In this document: one piece after another, positions 38,921-53,338 of the stretch
Layout: every line of letters begins with the position of its first letter
How positions within the stretch are numbered: position 1 is the stretch's first letter
Assembly: GCF_009914755.1 (NCBI RefSeq)
Contig: NC_060927.1
Direction: 5' to 3' (one strand)
DNA: 64,000 nt
Origin: the human T2T-CHM13v2.0 reference genome, Homo sapiens
Position numbers and translations under genes: made by a program
The notes under the pieces: model-generated
What the model was told of the DNA's origin: nothing
The model's database searches: none
Seen by the model: the letters and a program-made list of their open reading frames with translations, nothing else

Positions 38921-39356
38921 AGAAAGGTCCTTAGGAAAAACATAAAACCTAAACCAACCTTTCCAACTGGTCTGAGAAAATGCTTCCTGCTAAAGGTTAT
39001 GGGAACAAGATTTAGCTCCTATGACGTAGTCAGGTATGAGACGTAGATAACATGACGTAGTCGGGTATCAGAGAGATACCTGGGAGATTCTGTTTCAGAG
39101 TCAGAGCAGTGCCAGGTCGTTGACTCCGGCCCAAACCTCTGTCCCTGTCATCCCCTTCCCAAGTCCGTGCCAGTCAATAGTGGTTGCTTGGAGGGCTGTG
39201 TTAAGAGGGATTCTGAGGGCTTGATTAGCAACGTTTGTGAATAGGGAGCAGTGGTGGAAGTCTCAGACCAGCCAGGCAAGGCCAGGATCACAAAGTACAC
39301 ACCAGTGGCAGCTGGATGCAGTGGCATTGACCATGCAAAGACAGAGAGGCTGGAGC

Positions 39357-39656
<300 letters not shown>

Positions 39657-40733
39657 CCAGCTGGAGCTTTGAGCTGCAAAAGGATCACTGGGTCCTTGGG
39701 AAGGGAAACTCCCTTTCTCCAAGGCTCCAGCCAGGAAGCACATTAGCCCTGCAGCCACAGACACCCAATGCCAGTGCAGAGCCGTGAAAGGACACCGTGA
39801 ACGCAGGGGTCAACTAACATCTGGCTGGCGAAGCCGCTGCCCCAGGATCCCTAGCACACCATTTATTGTAAAGCTCAGAAGAAAAGGGTGCAGGCCCTGG
39901 AAAGCCAGAGAAACAGACACATCCAGGGAATGGGGGATCCTGTTACCACTTGATGCTTACACAGCCCGCTCACTCTGAAATGATGACAAAAGGAAATGCC
40001 TCCAGAGATTGGGGAATATTTTTCCTCTTGGAAAATCATCCGTCTTCTAGAGAGGCAGCAGAGAAGGGCTTGAGACCCATGCTGCTGGGTTCATAGCTGT
40101 CTCTATCACATACTAGCTGTGTGACCTTGGGGAGGTTACTTAACTTCTCTGTGCCTCTGTTTTCCAAAAGGTAACATTAGTACCTTCCTCCTAGGGTTGT
40201 TGTGAGAATTAAATGGGTTAACGTGTGTGAAGCACTTGGAAGAGTGCCTGGATCATAGCAAGCCCTCCCTAAGAGTTGGCTGTTCCTATCATCTCTTCAA
40301 CTGCTGAACATGGATAAGTCAGCAGTCTTCCCAGGAAGGGCAATTACTCTCCCATGAGCCGAATCAGCCTGGATGGGGCTGCTTCGGAACTTGGTGTTAG
40401 TAAGATGCTAGTCAGGCCTGATCCCCACTCTGGCAGAGTGAGCCAAGCTCTTCTTTCCACTTCTCCGAAATCCTTCTTTAGATTCTGGAAGCAGGGGCAG
40501 GCCCTGGGCAAGAAATAGGAAGGGGACGGTGTGAGCAAAGTTGCCACCCAAGGCTACACCCTAACGCATCTCTGCAGGGCTCTGTGCCTGCCCTCGCCTG
40601 TTGGCCGTCCGGCTGCCACTTCTCACTGTCTCTGATGGTCACATCCTCTTTCCCCACTCACTGCCCCCAGAGAAGCCCCAACCCTGGGGTATCCTGTGTC
40701 AGAGCCACCCAGGAGAAACTGTTTTAAACTGCT

Positions 40734-40779
<46 letters not shown>

Positions 40780-40840
40780 CAGACAGAGAGATAGACAGAC
40801 AGACAGATAGACAGACAGACAGACAGATAGATAGATAGAT
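40734..40840. repeat. Compound tetranucleotide STR (GATA)n(GACA)n
   Basis: About 11 pure GATA units followed by mixed GACA/GATA units. Confidence 0.97.
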
Positions 40841-41097
40841 TTTGAGACATGCTGCCCAGGCTAGACTGCAGTGGTGTGATCATAGCTCACTATAACCTTA
40901 AGCTCCTGAGCTCAAGCGATCCTCCCACCTCAGCCACTGAAGTAGCCAGGTCTACAGGCATGTGCCACCACACCTGGCTGATTTTTCAGTATTTTGTAGA
41001 GATGAGGTCTCTCTGTTTCCCAGGTTGGCTTCAAGCAATCCTCCTGTGTCAGCCTTGGAAGTGCTGAGATTACAGGCATGTGCCACCGCTCCTGGCT
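40840..41097 (-). mobile_element. AluJ, antisense, degenerate
   Basis: gcccaggctagactgcagtggtgtgatcatagctcac...gtgctgagattacaggc. Confidence 0.9.
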
Positions 41098-43185
41098 TAA
41101 AGTGCTCATTTCTAGGGCTCTCCAGACCTCCTAAATCAGAACCTAAGGATAGACCCAGAAAACTTTTCACAAGGTCTCCCAGTGATTCTTATGCACCCTA
41201 AAGTTTGAGGTTCTTCAGACCTACCTGACTGACATATTTGTGCTAAAAGCCACCTGTAATTTCATACTGATCAAGAAGAAAACTACCAGATACCCCAGTC
41301 TCCTAAGACGGGGTCAGGACGAAGCCCTTCCCAGATGTTGCTGCAGTTGTGTGATGCACAGGGGCTTCTGCTCGTCCACATGGTTGGTGGACTATCTTGG
41401 CCTCTTTGACAGGAATCCACCGTCTCCTTCCCCTTTCCTGAACTGTAACCTCGGGTTAGTGATATTGCTCTTCTCTCTCTCTTGGTTATGGTGACCATTG
41501 AATGAGATTGCCAGGGACTTCTCATGACGGTCAGAACCCTAGGGATTACATAGTCTACCCTGAACTTTGTAGATGAGGAAACTGAGGCCCAGGAGATACT
41601 TTCTCAGTCTGACACAGAGAGCAGCAGGAGAACTGGACCTAAAACCCTGACTTCCAGACACTCCACCACCCAGGTCTTCTCTTCTGTCTGAGAAAGCACC
41701 TTGAAAAGCATTCAGAGGTGTGCAGACATACCTGGGATTAGCTGGGTATGCTGTGAGCTTACAGTGCCAGAAGGTGTCTCAGATAGGTGTCCTCTGGGAT
41801 TTAGGGCAGAGTGACCAATGGGGCATCTGCAGCCACCCCTCAATTGGAGTCCCACAGGAGCTCAGGTCACCTGCCTTTCCCCTTTCTATGCTGTTTCCCA
41901 GAATTTATTTACTATGAATCCCAGCAGGTACCAAGCCCTAGACTTGTACTCCCCCACCCCACAACAACCCTAGCTTCCTCACCACTGCTCCCTAAAATCA
42001 GACAGCAACAGGGTCTGTACAATATGCATTTCAGCATGAATTTCCATGTTCACTCCCACAGTTCCCAAATGAGTCCAGCCCCAAGCAATAAGCTATGGGC
42101 CAGATGGGTTATAGGAGGATGAACCTAGCAGCAGCCACCTCAGTGATGGGAATCAGGAGACTGGGTACTAAGGTTCAGAGTCAGGGTCAGGCACAGAAAT
42201 GGAAAATGGTTGTCCAGGATGAGCAATTTGCCTCTCACGGTTTCTCAGGCCGTGGTCCTGACCTGTATCTTCCCCTAATCTCCCCGTCCCTGGGACTCAC
42301 CCATGCATAAGAATTACGTTCAATAAAAACAAATATATAAATGAGGCCAAATTGGACAGTTACTTGTGAACACATTAATATTCAGACAGTTACCAGTCAT
42401 ATTAATGGGGAAATGTTACTGACCTGAGACCTTGTCGATTCTACTATTAGAAGTTGACTTTGCATATTTTTTAATTAATAAACCATGAAATACCTTATGT
42501 CCATAATGATTTAATTATACTTTTCTAAGAAAAAGCGATTTTAGACAAGGTTGACTTTTTTTTTAATTAGGAATGTTGCCCAGGAGGTAAATGAAATAAA
42601 AATATTCAGTTTTGAGAGAAACAAAATTCATGTTGCAAAGCCAGCAAATCTAAAATGATCATCTACTTAAATTACACCATTCTGATCAAGAATGTGAATC
42701 TCTGACTATAACTTGGAGCAGAGTAAGAGCTCATTTAGGCATCTCTCAGGTATTAGCAAAATTCATATTTCTTCCTTGAGAATTCTTACATTTTGCAAAA
42801 GCCTGAAGCAGCTAGGAATCGTCCTCTGGCCTTTCCTCAGATCTCTGTCCAGTGCTCGAGAATCCCAGTTGTTTATCTCACTAATTTTTTTGTTTGCCAG
42901 TATTTTATTGAAACAGTAGTGCAAGTAAAGTCCAGGAGCCAACTTCTTGCATCAGATTTACCAGGATTCTTGTTAAAAATGCAGATTCCTGTACCCCACA
43001 CCTCACCTACTGGATGGAGATCTTGACTGGGGCTTGGTGCCTGGGAATCTGCATGTTAGTAATTTTTCGCAGGGTTATTGTACACTGTGTCCATTGAGAG
43101 ACACTACTTTGACATATGTAGCTGGTGAGTCTAACTGTAATCAGAGATTTGAAAAGAGAAAAGCCACAGATAGAAAAGCAAACAG

Positions 43186-43735
<550 letters not shown>

Positions 43736-44849
43736 GTAGGCGCTGTGGTTCTTTTAGGTAATCCTATAGCCACCCTAGGGTTTACGATCCTCCTTTTTAC
43801 AGCTGAAGAACCTGTGCAGAGAGACGGCATGACATGGCCACAGTCACACCGCCGGCATGCCTACAACCAGGATTTCAGTTCAGGACAAGCCGATTCCAGA
43901 GCCTTTGCTCTTGCTACTACGGTAGAAGGGACATGGCCTGCCCTCAGGGATTGAACTGTCCCGCTAGAGGGTCAGCTCAAATACACTAGGAATGGTTTAA
44001 GGACTAGGGAGAGACCAAAGCATACAGTGCTGCTTGTAAGAACAGGAAAGAAGAGAGAGGGCTTTTCCTTCCAGGGGCAGGGGGAGGTGTAAGTCCATGA
44101 GTGAAGGTAGAAATCAAGCCTATCAATTGTGGGGCCAGTGAGAAGAGAGTGCCGAGTGGGACACAGGTTTTGTGAGGGCAGCCAGCTGGCATAACTTTTG
44201 TCATTATACTGTTAAGAGTTTTATCAACTGGCTACCGTCTAGCAAATGATACTAAAGAAGAGGTTTAAAAGCAGCAACTTTTCTTTGGTGATAGAGGCAA
44301 ACTAGTAAATGTAATTATTACCATTAATTGAAAGTCAGAGAACAGAGCAAAATGAGCTTTATTCAAATTCTGATGGAAAACCTAGCCCATGAGTAAATGT
44401 AGACTCCTTTTTCTTTCCACTGCCATCCAAAATTGAAAACTACAGTGTTCCTTGGAGAATAAGCAATAAAATAATGATTATTATTAGCAAGTAGAGAGCT
44501 AGCTACTTAACCAACAGATAGAGCACACAATAGCAGATGCAAACAAGTGTCTCTTTCTCACACGCAAGATTGTTCCCTGTCCCACACCATGACATGGGCT
44601 GGCCCAGTCACAGGAGAAACAGAACCCACTGACCAAGGACTCATGTTAAATGGTACACACGCACAGAAAATAGCATTTAAATACATTAAGTACAACTCTA
44701 CTTGTTATTTGTTCCAGGCAGAAAGAAGACTGGGTGCCCTTATTTAATAAATATACTATTGTCTGGAACGATAAACACAAAGTTGTTGGCAAGCTGTTAC
44801 CATGAGCCAATAAGGTGTAAGTTTTTAAAATCCTTTTTAAAACAAAGGA

Positions 44850-45513
<664 letters not shown>

Positions 45514-45907
45514 CAGTATGCATATGGCAAAGTGCGTGCATCTGATGTGTACAGCTTGACGAGCTTTGACACAGATACATTTCCATGGCCCTTTCACCAA
45601 GATTGAGACATAGAACACTCCCTACATACACAAGGTAGCTAAGGGATGCGTGTTTTTCCTTTACTAAAGTTTTTTCTCTCATGTGTGTTTTATTTGTCAC
45701 AATGGACAGTATTGCTTTTGTAATTTTCTAAAATTACAAAAGTAATCTAACTGCATTAAGTTAAGAAAATAAAGACTGTGGGTCTTTCAGTTGCTGAGAA
45801 TGCTGGAAGAGAATGCATTTTCAGTTTTAGGTAGATTCTGTCATAGTTTCTTTGACTGATGAAGCCCCATCCACATCATGTTGTCTCTTCCTCCTCCTCC
45901 TCCCTAG

Positions 45908-46243
45908 GGACTGCAGTACATGGAGCTCATCCCCAAGGAGAAGCAGCCAGTGACAGGCACAGAGGGCGCCTTTTACCGCCGCCGCCAGCTCATGCACCAG
46001 CTCCCCATCTATGACCAGGATCCCTCGCGCTGCCGTGGACTTTTGGAGAATGAGTTGAAACTGATGGAAGAATTTGTCAAGCAATATAAGAGCGAGGCCC
46101 TCGGCGTGGGAGAAGTGGCCCTCCCGGGGCAGGGTGGCTTGCCCAAGGAGGAGGGGAAGCAGCAGGAAAAGCCAGAGGGGGCAGAGACCACTGCTGCTAC
46201 CACCAACGGCAGTCTCAGTGACCCGTCCAAAGAAGTGGAATAC
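45908..46243 (+). CDS. LMCD1: LMCD1 coding exon 4 (336 nt, phase 0-0), PET domain core and linker: [15 protein letters not shown]...DPSKEVEY
   Basis: Acceptor ctcctcctcctccctag|GGA and donor TAC|gtaagt. Overlaps ORF 45920..46450. PET motif [15 protein letters not shown]. Confidence 0.97.
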
Positions 46244-46979
46244 GTAAGTTTCTCCCATGCTTCCAGCCAGGCTGAAACCATGCAGGCCCAGGGCTGGACA
46301 GTCAGGGCCCCATCACGGGGCTTTGTTCCCTCATTCATGCATTTATTCATGAATTTGTGCATTCAGCAGATATTGATTGCTCATTTAGTCTGTGCCAGGC
46401 ACTGTCCCATGGAAAATGATACAATACCACTGCCCTTGAAAGGCTCATAGTCCAGTGGCGGTCACAGGCAAAACCGAAACAGTTTAGAGAAGGGACATCT
46501 AAGCCTGCTTGGTGGTGAGGGTAAGCTTCAAGAAGTTGGTGAGGTACAAGCTGGTCTACGAAGAATGTCTAGGGGTCATCCAAGCCTTCAGGCTTTGAGG
46601 GGAGGATGTGTACCCCCTTAAAGAGGTGAGCATTTGCCAAAAGAGCCAGGAGTTCAAGAAAGCACAGTGCATTTAGAAGATTAAAAGAAGTCCCACGTGA
46701 TTGAAAGTGTGGCATGCTTGGGGAGCTGGGGACATGAGGCTAGGGAGGGCAGCAGAGGCTGGATTCCTGGAGGGTTCATTCCATCCATCCATTCATCAGT
46801 CAAATACTGATTAGCTTGTATTAGCTGCTCTGCCCCAGGAAATCAAACAAGCAGAGGACACTGTCCCCAAACTGCAGAATGCCATGAACTTAGTTAGGAC
46901 TTTATTCCAAAGGTCATAGACAGGCTTTTGGTCAGAGGTACATGGTCCATGCTGTGCTTACAAAAGTTTCCTCTAGCAG

Positions 46980-47393
46980 TGTCTTAGTACATTTTCTGTT
47001 ACTGATAGCAGAATACCTGAAACTGGGTAATTTATAAAGAAAAGGAATGTATTTCATACATCTGTGGAGGCTGAGAAGTCCAAGGCCAAGGGGCTGCATC
47101 TGGTGAGGGACTTCTTCCTGGTAAGCACTGTCTGCAGAGTCCTGAGGTGGCTCAGGGCATCATGTGGCAAGGGGGCTGGGTGTGCTAACTCGGGTCTCTC
47201 TTCCTCTTCTTAGAAGCCAGTCCCACTCGTGTGATAACCCATTAATCTATTAAGCCATAAGTGGATTAATCCATTCCTGAGGACCTGAGCCCTCACGACC
47301 CAATCATCTCTTAAAGGCCCCACCTCTCAATACTGCCATGCAGAGGATTATGTTTCAACCTGAGTGTTTGGAGGGGATGTTCAACCCATAGGA
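46980..47393 (-). mobile_element. Solo MaLR LTR (MST family, MSTC/D-like)
   Basis: tgtcttagtacattttctgtt...gggtaatttataaagaaaagg...ggaggctgagaagtccaag...ttaaaggccccacctctcaatactg. Confidence 0.88.
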
Positions 47394-47522
47394 AGTGGCA
47401 GTGTGGAAGAAGTGCTGCTGAGGAGTGAGTCACTGGGGGCCATTTTGAGAAAACAGAAAGGAGAAGCCAGAGTTGGGGAGATGAAAGCCTCATGGCTTGG
47501 TTTGTCTTAAACTGCCCCACAG

Positions 47523-47657
47523 AAGGCGAAAGGAATGCTTGAGGCTGGACCACGTGGGTCTAGCGTGCACTGCGTTTCTGGTCCCCAGCCCCTGTTTTAC
47601 CTTTTGCTCCTCCTGCCCCATCAACCAAGTGTCTTCATTTGTTTCTATGGCAATTAA
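47523..47657 (+). CDS. LMCD1: Candidate alternative terminal exon, coding part (phase 0): KAKGMLEAGPRGSSVHCVSGPQPLFYLLLLLPHQPSVFICFYGN*; putative 3' UTR to about 48615
   Basis: Acceptor-like tttgtcttaaactgccccacag|AAG. Open for 44 codons in the exon-4 frame up to TAA at 47655-47657. AATAAA lies about 0.94 kb downstream. Usage is inferred, not shown. Confidence 0.5.
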   Translation, partial: KAKGMLEAGPRGSSVHCVSGPQPLFYLLLLLPHQPSVFICFYGN

Positions 47658-48592
47658 CTTTTGGAGATAGAAGTCCCAGCACACGAGATCCCCAAGCACA
47701 TTATCTACCTTGCTGAACAGGCTGGCAGTCACACATGAGCCAGGCGACCCAGGGAAATGCCAGCCCAAACGAAGCTGCTGCCACATCCAGAGAGGGCCGG
47801 ACTCTTTCTCCCTTGTAGTCACTCAAGCTAATCATCCAAAACCTGCATCCTCCATCTCCAAGCCCCATCTTATTAGCACCATCTGGGATTGCCAACCAAG
47901 AAACTGTTTTATCTGAGAACTCTAAGACCAAAGAACAAGATTTATTTCCTCTACTACAGATTTGGCAGTGACGCATAAAAGGCCCATTTCTCAGGAAGAA
48001 TACATGTCCTAAGGATGTAAAAAAGAAAAAAATATTAGATCTAGTTACCATGGTCTATAAACTGGTCTTTCCCGCCCCACCCTGATCCTGGCTTCTGTCC
48101 ACCCTCAAATAGCTGTTTGTTCATAAACCCTAAATACTAGATAATTCTAAGTTGGAAGGAGACCTCTAAGTCACTGTAGCATTTCCAAATCGCCATTCCC
48201 AAGAGACATGTGGATCTGACATCGTATTTTATTCTTGACTGAGCCTCGCATATTTGTTCTGTGTGGAACAAAGGCAAAGGCAGCCCAAGAACCCGGGTCC
48301 TTGCCTACAGTCAGCTTTAGGAAATGATTGTGAACTTGGGAAGCATTTAAATAGCAATACTAGACAGTAAATGGAAAAGGCCAAAGTCAGAAAATAAGTA
48401 GGGATTCCAAAGGAAGCCTTTATTGGTTGGGCTAGGCTGGGCTAGCTGTGGAAGACAGACTTCTATGTCCCTGCCCCAACCACAATTTTACTTTAATTAT
48501 TATGTAATTAGTGAATCGATGTCTGTCACCGTCTGTAGATGCTGAGGTCTTGTTCATCTCTTTATTTGCATTGATATACATAGCCACTGCTC

Positions 48593-48598
48593 AATAAA
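48593..48598 (+). terminator. Candidate intronic polyadenylation signal AATAAA within an L2 3'-end remnant
   Basis: tgctcAATAAAtatgtgacccatgaatgaa resembles the L2 3' terminus and lies downstream of the candidate alternative last exon. Confidence 0.4.
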
Positions 48599-49777
48599 TA
48601 TGTGACCCATGAATGAAAGTTTGAACTTAAGCCTTAAAAAATGGGATCTATTTGGATGGCCAATTTGCCTAGGCGGACGGTGCGATTCCAATTCCACATT
48701 TATTAAGCCCCTGCTCTGTGCCAAACACTATGCTCACACTGTCAGGGTCTATCTTTAATTCTTACAGTTGTCTGGTAGGATGAATTTTACCAAACCCATT
48801 TTACAGGTGAGATTCAAGGATAATAGGTAACTTTTCTAAGATCCCACGGTTTCTATGGGGCAGAACCTGGATCCAATACCCTTTCTGTGATAAGATGCTA
48901 AGTTGTAAAACCCGGCTTGTTATTTGTTCCAGGCAGGAAGAAGACTGTGTGCCCTTATTTAACTCCCTTTTTACCTCCTTGAAGCAGGGGAGGTAATCCT
49001 GAAAAGGGTAGCTAGATAGGCTGACAGGCCACAGACAGTGTGTTCCCAGCAACCCCGCCATTAGGAGTGGGTGTGGGCTGCACTCCCTGACCCGTCTGCC
49101 TTGCCTCACCAGCATTCACATCAAGTGGACGTGTGTGCTGGCTGCCCTGTATGCTTGCACCCTCTCCTTTCTCATAAAAGGGCAGCATAGAACAATTACC
49201 AGAGCCAAGCATCAGGCAGGAAGCCTGACTTCTGCTCCCCTGGTAAAGGGCAATGATTTTTGCAAGAAGTGGTCCAGGCATTCAACTTGAGAATAAAGGT
49301 GTGGGGAAGAAATTGTAGGACTCAGCCTGACACCCCAAAACCGAACAGAGATTAACGGGAGAAAAACGAAGGGCAAAAAGAGACATGAACATACGGGAAC
49401 TGTATCGGTAACACCTGCCTGTTTATCATCTTAATCGTGTTCGTTGTGTTTGTCGTTACTGTCAGCAAGTCCGTGGGCATTGCCTGAACCAAGGACAGGA
49501 CTAAGCAAGTATCTGATTTAAAGCTTACAACTGCCCCAAGATGTGAAGTGGCTGTGCCTCCCCAGGCTGCTGGGCCTCAGAACTGGGATTCAGTTGAACG
49601 TCTGCCTAAAATCAAGTCTATGTTCTTTCCCATTTCCCAAAGCTTATTCCTGGGAGAGCTACCAGATATTCTGGACCATAAAAGGATCATGTGGCTGGCT
49701 CAGGAGACGTTAGAGTGAACATGAAACTACGTGAGTTTCTTTACAGCAGAACTTCTCAGAGCCTTTAGTAGGCCTAT

Positions 49778-50323
<546 letters not shown>

Positions 50324-51381
50324 GGTTATGTATGTATTTATTTATGTGGGATAGGGGGTGGATTACCCCAAGCGAGCCCACCTTTGAGAATACTGCATAA
50401 CCCTCCCTGTTCCTGGAGAGCTCTGGAAGCACAGGTGCAGAATCTACCACACTATGCTCTGTAACCTACCTTGACGGCCCCCATCCCTGATGACACTAAG
50501 TCTCTGCAATCTGAGGCCAGGGCCCCACTTTCCCCTACACCCACCCCCCGACACACACACCAGCTGTGAGCTCCCTCGGCTCCCTCCCACCTTGTCCACC
50601 TGCTGGGGGACGTCCTTCCTCTGAGTCCTTGGGAGGTGGCCTATTGGAGTAATGGCAGGGTCAGCCTGCCAAGTTCTCCCACCCAGCCCCCCACCTAACC
50701 ATCCTCATTGGAAAATAATGTCCACACCAGAGAAGCGTTATTGCAAAAATGCCTGTATGGAATTCCTACTAAGGGGCCATGTTCTGAGTGAGCCCAGATA
50801 ACAGTGGTGGCCAGGTTGCAGGACACACTGCTGTCTGAGCCCAGCCCACCTGCATGGCCGGGGCTGTCAGTTACACAGATCTGAACACAGTGAGCAGAAT
50901 CTGACCCCACCCCCAGCTTCCCAACCCCAGGCCAGCAGACGGGCCCTACTGACGAGACGGGGCCACCTAAAATTAGCCTTGGCACCTCGGTCCACTTCAG
51001 AAATGAACCAAAAGCTGTGGCTGTCCATGCCTACCTCAGGGCAGTCCTCTGAAAGTGTTATTATTACACTGAGGTTAGGAGAGGCAGGATATCATGGGAA
51101 GGTCCTCCGGCCACCAAGTTGTCAGAGTTGCCCTCTTCATGGGGCAATACCAAGCCTGAAAAATCCCAGTGCCAGATGCTACTGCACCCACTGTCACCCC
51201 TGAAGAAGCGAGCCCTTTTCCATCAGTGAGGCCAATACAATTCAAAAATATTTAGTCTCCCTCTTTTCCTCACATGTCCCATTGTGCGGGGATGGAGGGT
51301 AGGAAAGAAGACAAGTTGAGAATCAAGGGAAGAAAGGGGAAACTGTGAGGCTGCAGCAGGCACTGTGTAAGGTCTCAATCT

Positions 51382-51524
<143 letters not shown>

Positions 51525-53112
51525 TAACTCTTGGTAACAACCAGTGAGAGAGGTTGGGGTTGTGATACCCATTTCGCAGATGAGGACCCTGGGGCGCAGT
51601 GAGGTTACCCCACGTGCTGATGAGAGCGGGGCTTCGGTTCAATCCCCAGTCCTTCTGCTTCACCGGCAGAGTGAAGTCTGAAGCCGTGTTGGGGTGGGGC
51701 CTCGGCAGGGTGGGTCCGACCATGCCAGGGGATATATATGTGAGTGTTTAGGTTCTCCAGGGTGGGCAGCCGTGTATGGGGTAGCTTGCAGCTCAGCCCA
51801 CTGAGCATTTGGGAGCCTCTTATCTGCGTACTGAGAACAATGAAAGGATTCCCATGTCCACCCCCAGTTCCACCCACTGTGGGTTCTTGTGGGCCTTTTG
51901 AGTATCAGAGATCTCCGTGGCCAGGGAGCTGCCGACTCCAGCAACCTGGACCCATTCACACCAGGCTGGTGGGAGCCCCTCGCGCACTCTCCAAGCCCTG
52001 CGCTCCCCACCTGGATGGAACTGATGGGCCCCTGAGCTGGGTGGGCAATGATCTTCATGTTCTGACTCTTAGCAGCTCCACCAAGCCATTGCCTTGCGTT
52101 TAGAGAGCTCGCTGAATATTTTCTCAGAAATTAAATACACAGATTTCCCGGGTATGGTCATTTTGCCCAGGAATTTCCGCCTTTCTCCACACCCCGAACT
52201 TGTAACTGAAGAAAGGGGAAAGAAAGCCAGAGCATAGCCTTTAATGTGATCTCTACTCTTTAGCATTTACCATTCCTGCCGGGCGCCTCCCCGTCTTGCC
52301 CCTTCCCCAACCACTCCTTCCTCAGGCCAAGTGACTGCCCCAAAAGAGCAAACTTAAGAGGAGGACAGCCCATTGAGAGAAGTGAAGATGTTCCCCACAG
52401 TCATAAAAACGCGTGAATATGGTCCGAAATCATCCTCCAGGATCCTGGGAGCACAGTCTGACCCCTCTGCCCCATTTCCCCACAAGAATGCTGAGAGGGG
52501 GACGGGAGGCCTCCGTCCCCTCCCTCCCCCCCGCCAAAGGTCTGCTTTTCAGATGGAAACTTACAGCAGCTGGCGGCTCAGCCCAACTCCAGCCCCAATA
52601 GAAGGACATATTTGTGGGCAAGGGACTTCCAAGTCTTTGTCTAAGCAGATGTTTGGCTTGTGGGCTCGGCAGGCAGGCTGGCTGGCTTTCCTGCCAGCCC
52701 CACTTGGGAATTTGAAACTGCCACTCCTCCCCACTTAGTGAGCCCCATCTGAGCTGGAGGACAGGAGGGTAAGAGGCCCAGAGACAAGCCTGGGGTCATT
52801 CACCCAGAGGAATCCCTGCTCCCCACAGTCCCGCCACCCCTGGCTCAGGCACCATGGGCAGGAGCCTGGGGGCAGCCGCAAAATCACTATGGTTACCAGC
52901 TTCTCGGCATCTGCCTGCCTCTTGCTTTGCAGTGGAGATACTTTAGTGACTTTCAGGGAGATCTTTTTTTTTGTTCCAAAGAAACTTCCCTTTCTCCCAC
53001 TTTTTATACTATACTATAAATACTTTTCCATGTTGCCACATGGCCTTCAACGAGCTTTTTTTTTTTTTTTTTTTTTTTTTGAGTGGGCTGCATATTATTC
53101 CATTGATTAAAA

Positions 53113-53338
53113 CAGGGATTGGTAAACTTTTTCTGTACAGGGCATATAGTGAATATTGAAGGTTTTTCAGGCCACATGGTCTCTGTCACGACTAATTAAC
53201 ACAGCTCTTGAAGCACTAAAGCCGCCATAGGCAATATCTAAACAGATGACCCTGGCTGTGTTCCAATCAAACTGTATTTACATAAACAGGCGGTGGGCTA
53301 GATTTGGCCCACAGATGGATGCAGTTTGCTGACCCCTG
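53113..53338. mobile_element. MER58A hAT-Charlie MITE
   Basis: cagggattggtaaactttttctgta...ggctgtgttccaat...gtttgctgacccctg. Confidence 0.87.

Noticed and set aside
45956-45969. AGAGGGCGC CTCF-like core inside exon 4
   Set aside because: Only the 3' part matches and it is explained by the codons for TEGA.
45827-46362. Antisense ORFs of 143 and 117 aa over exon 4
   Set aside because: Typical shadow ORFs of a GC-rich coding exon.
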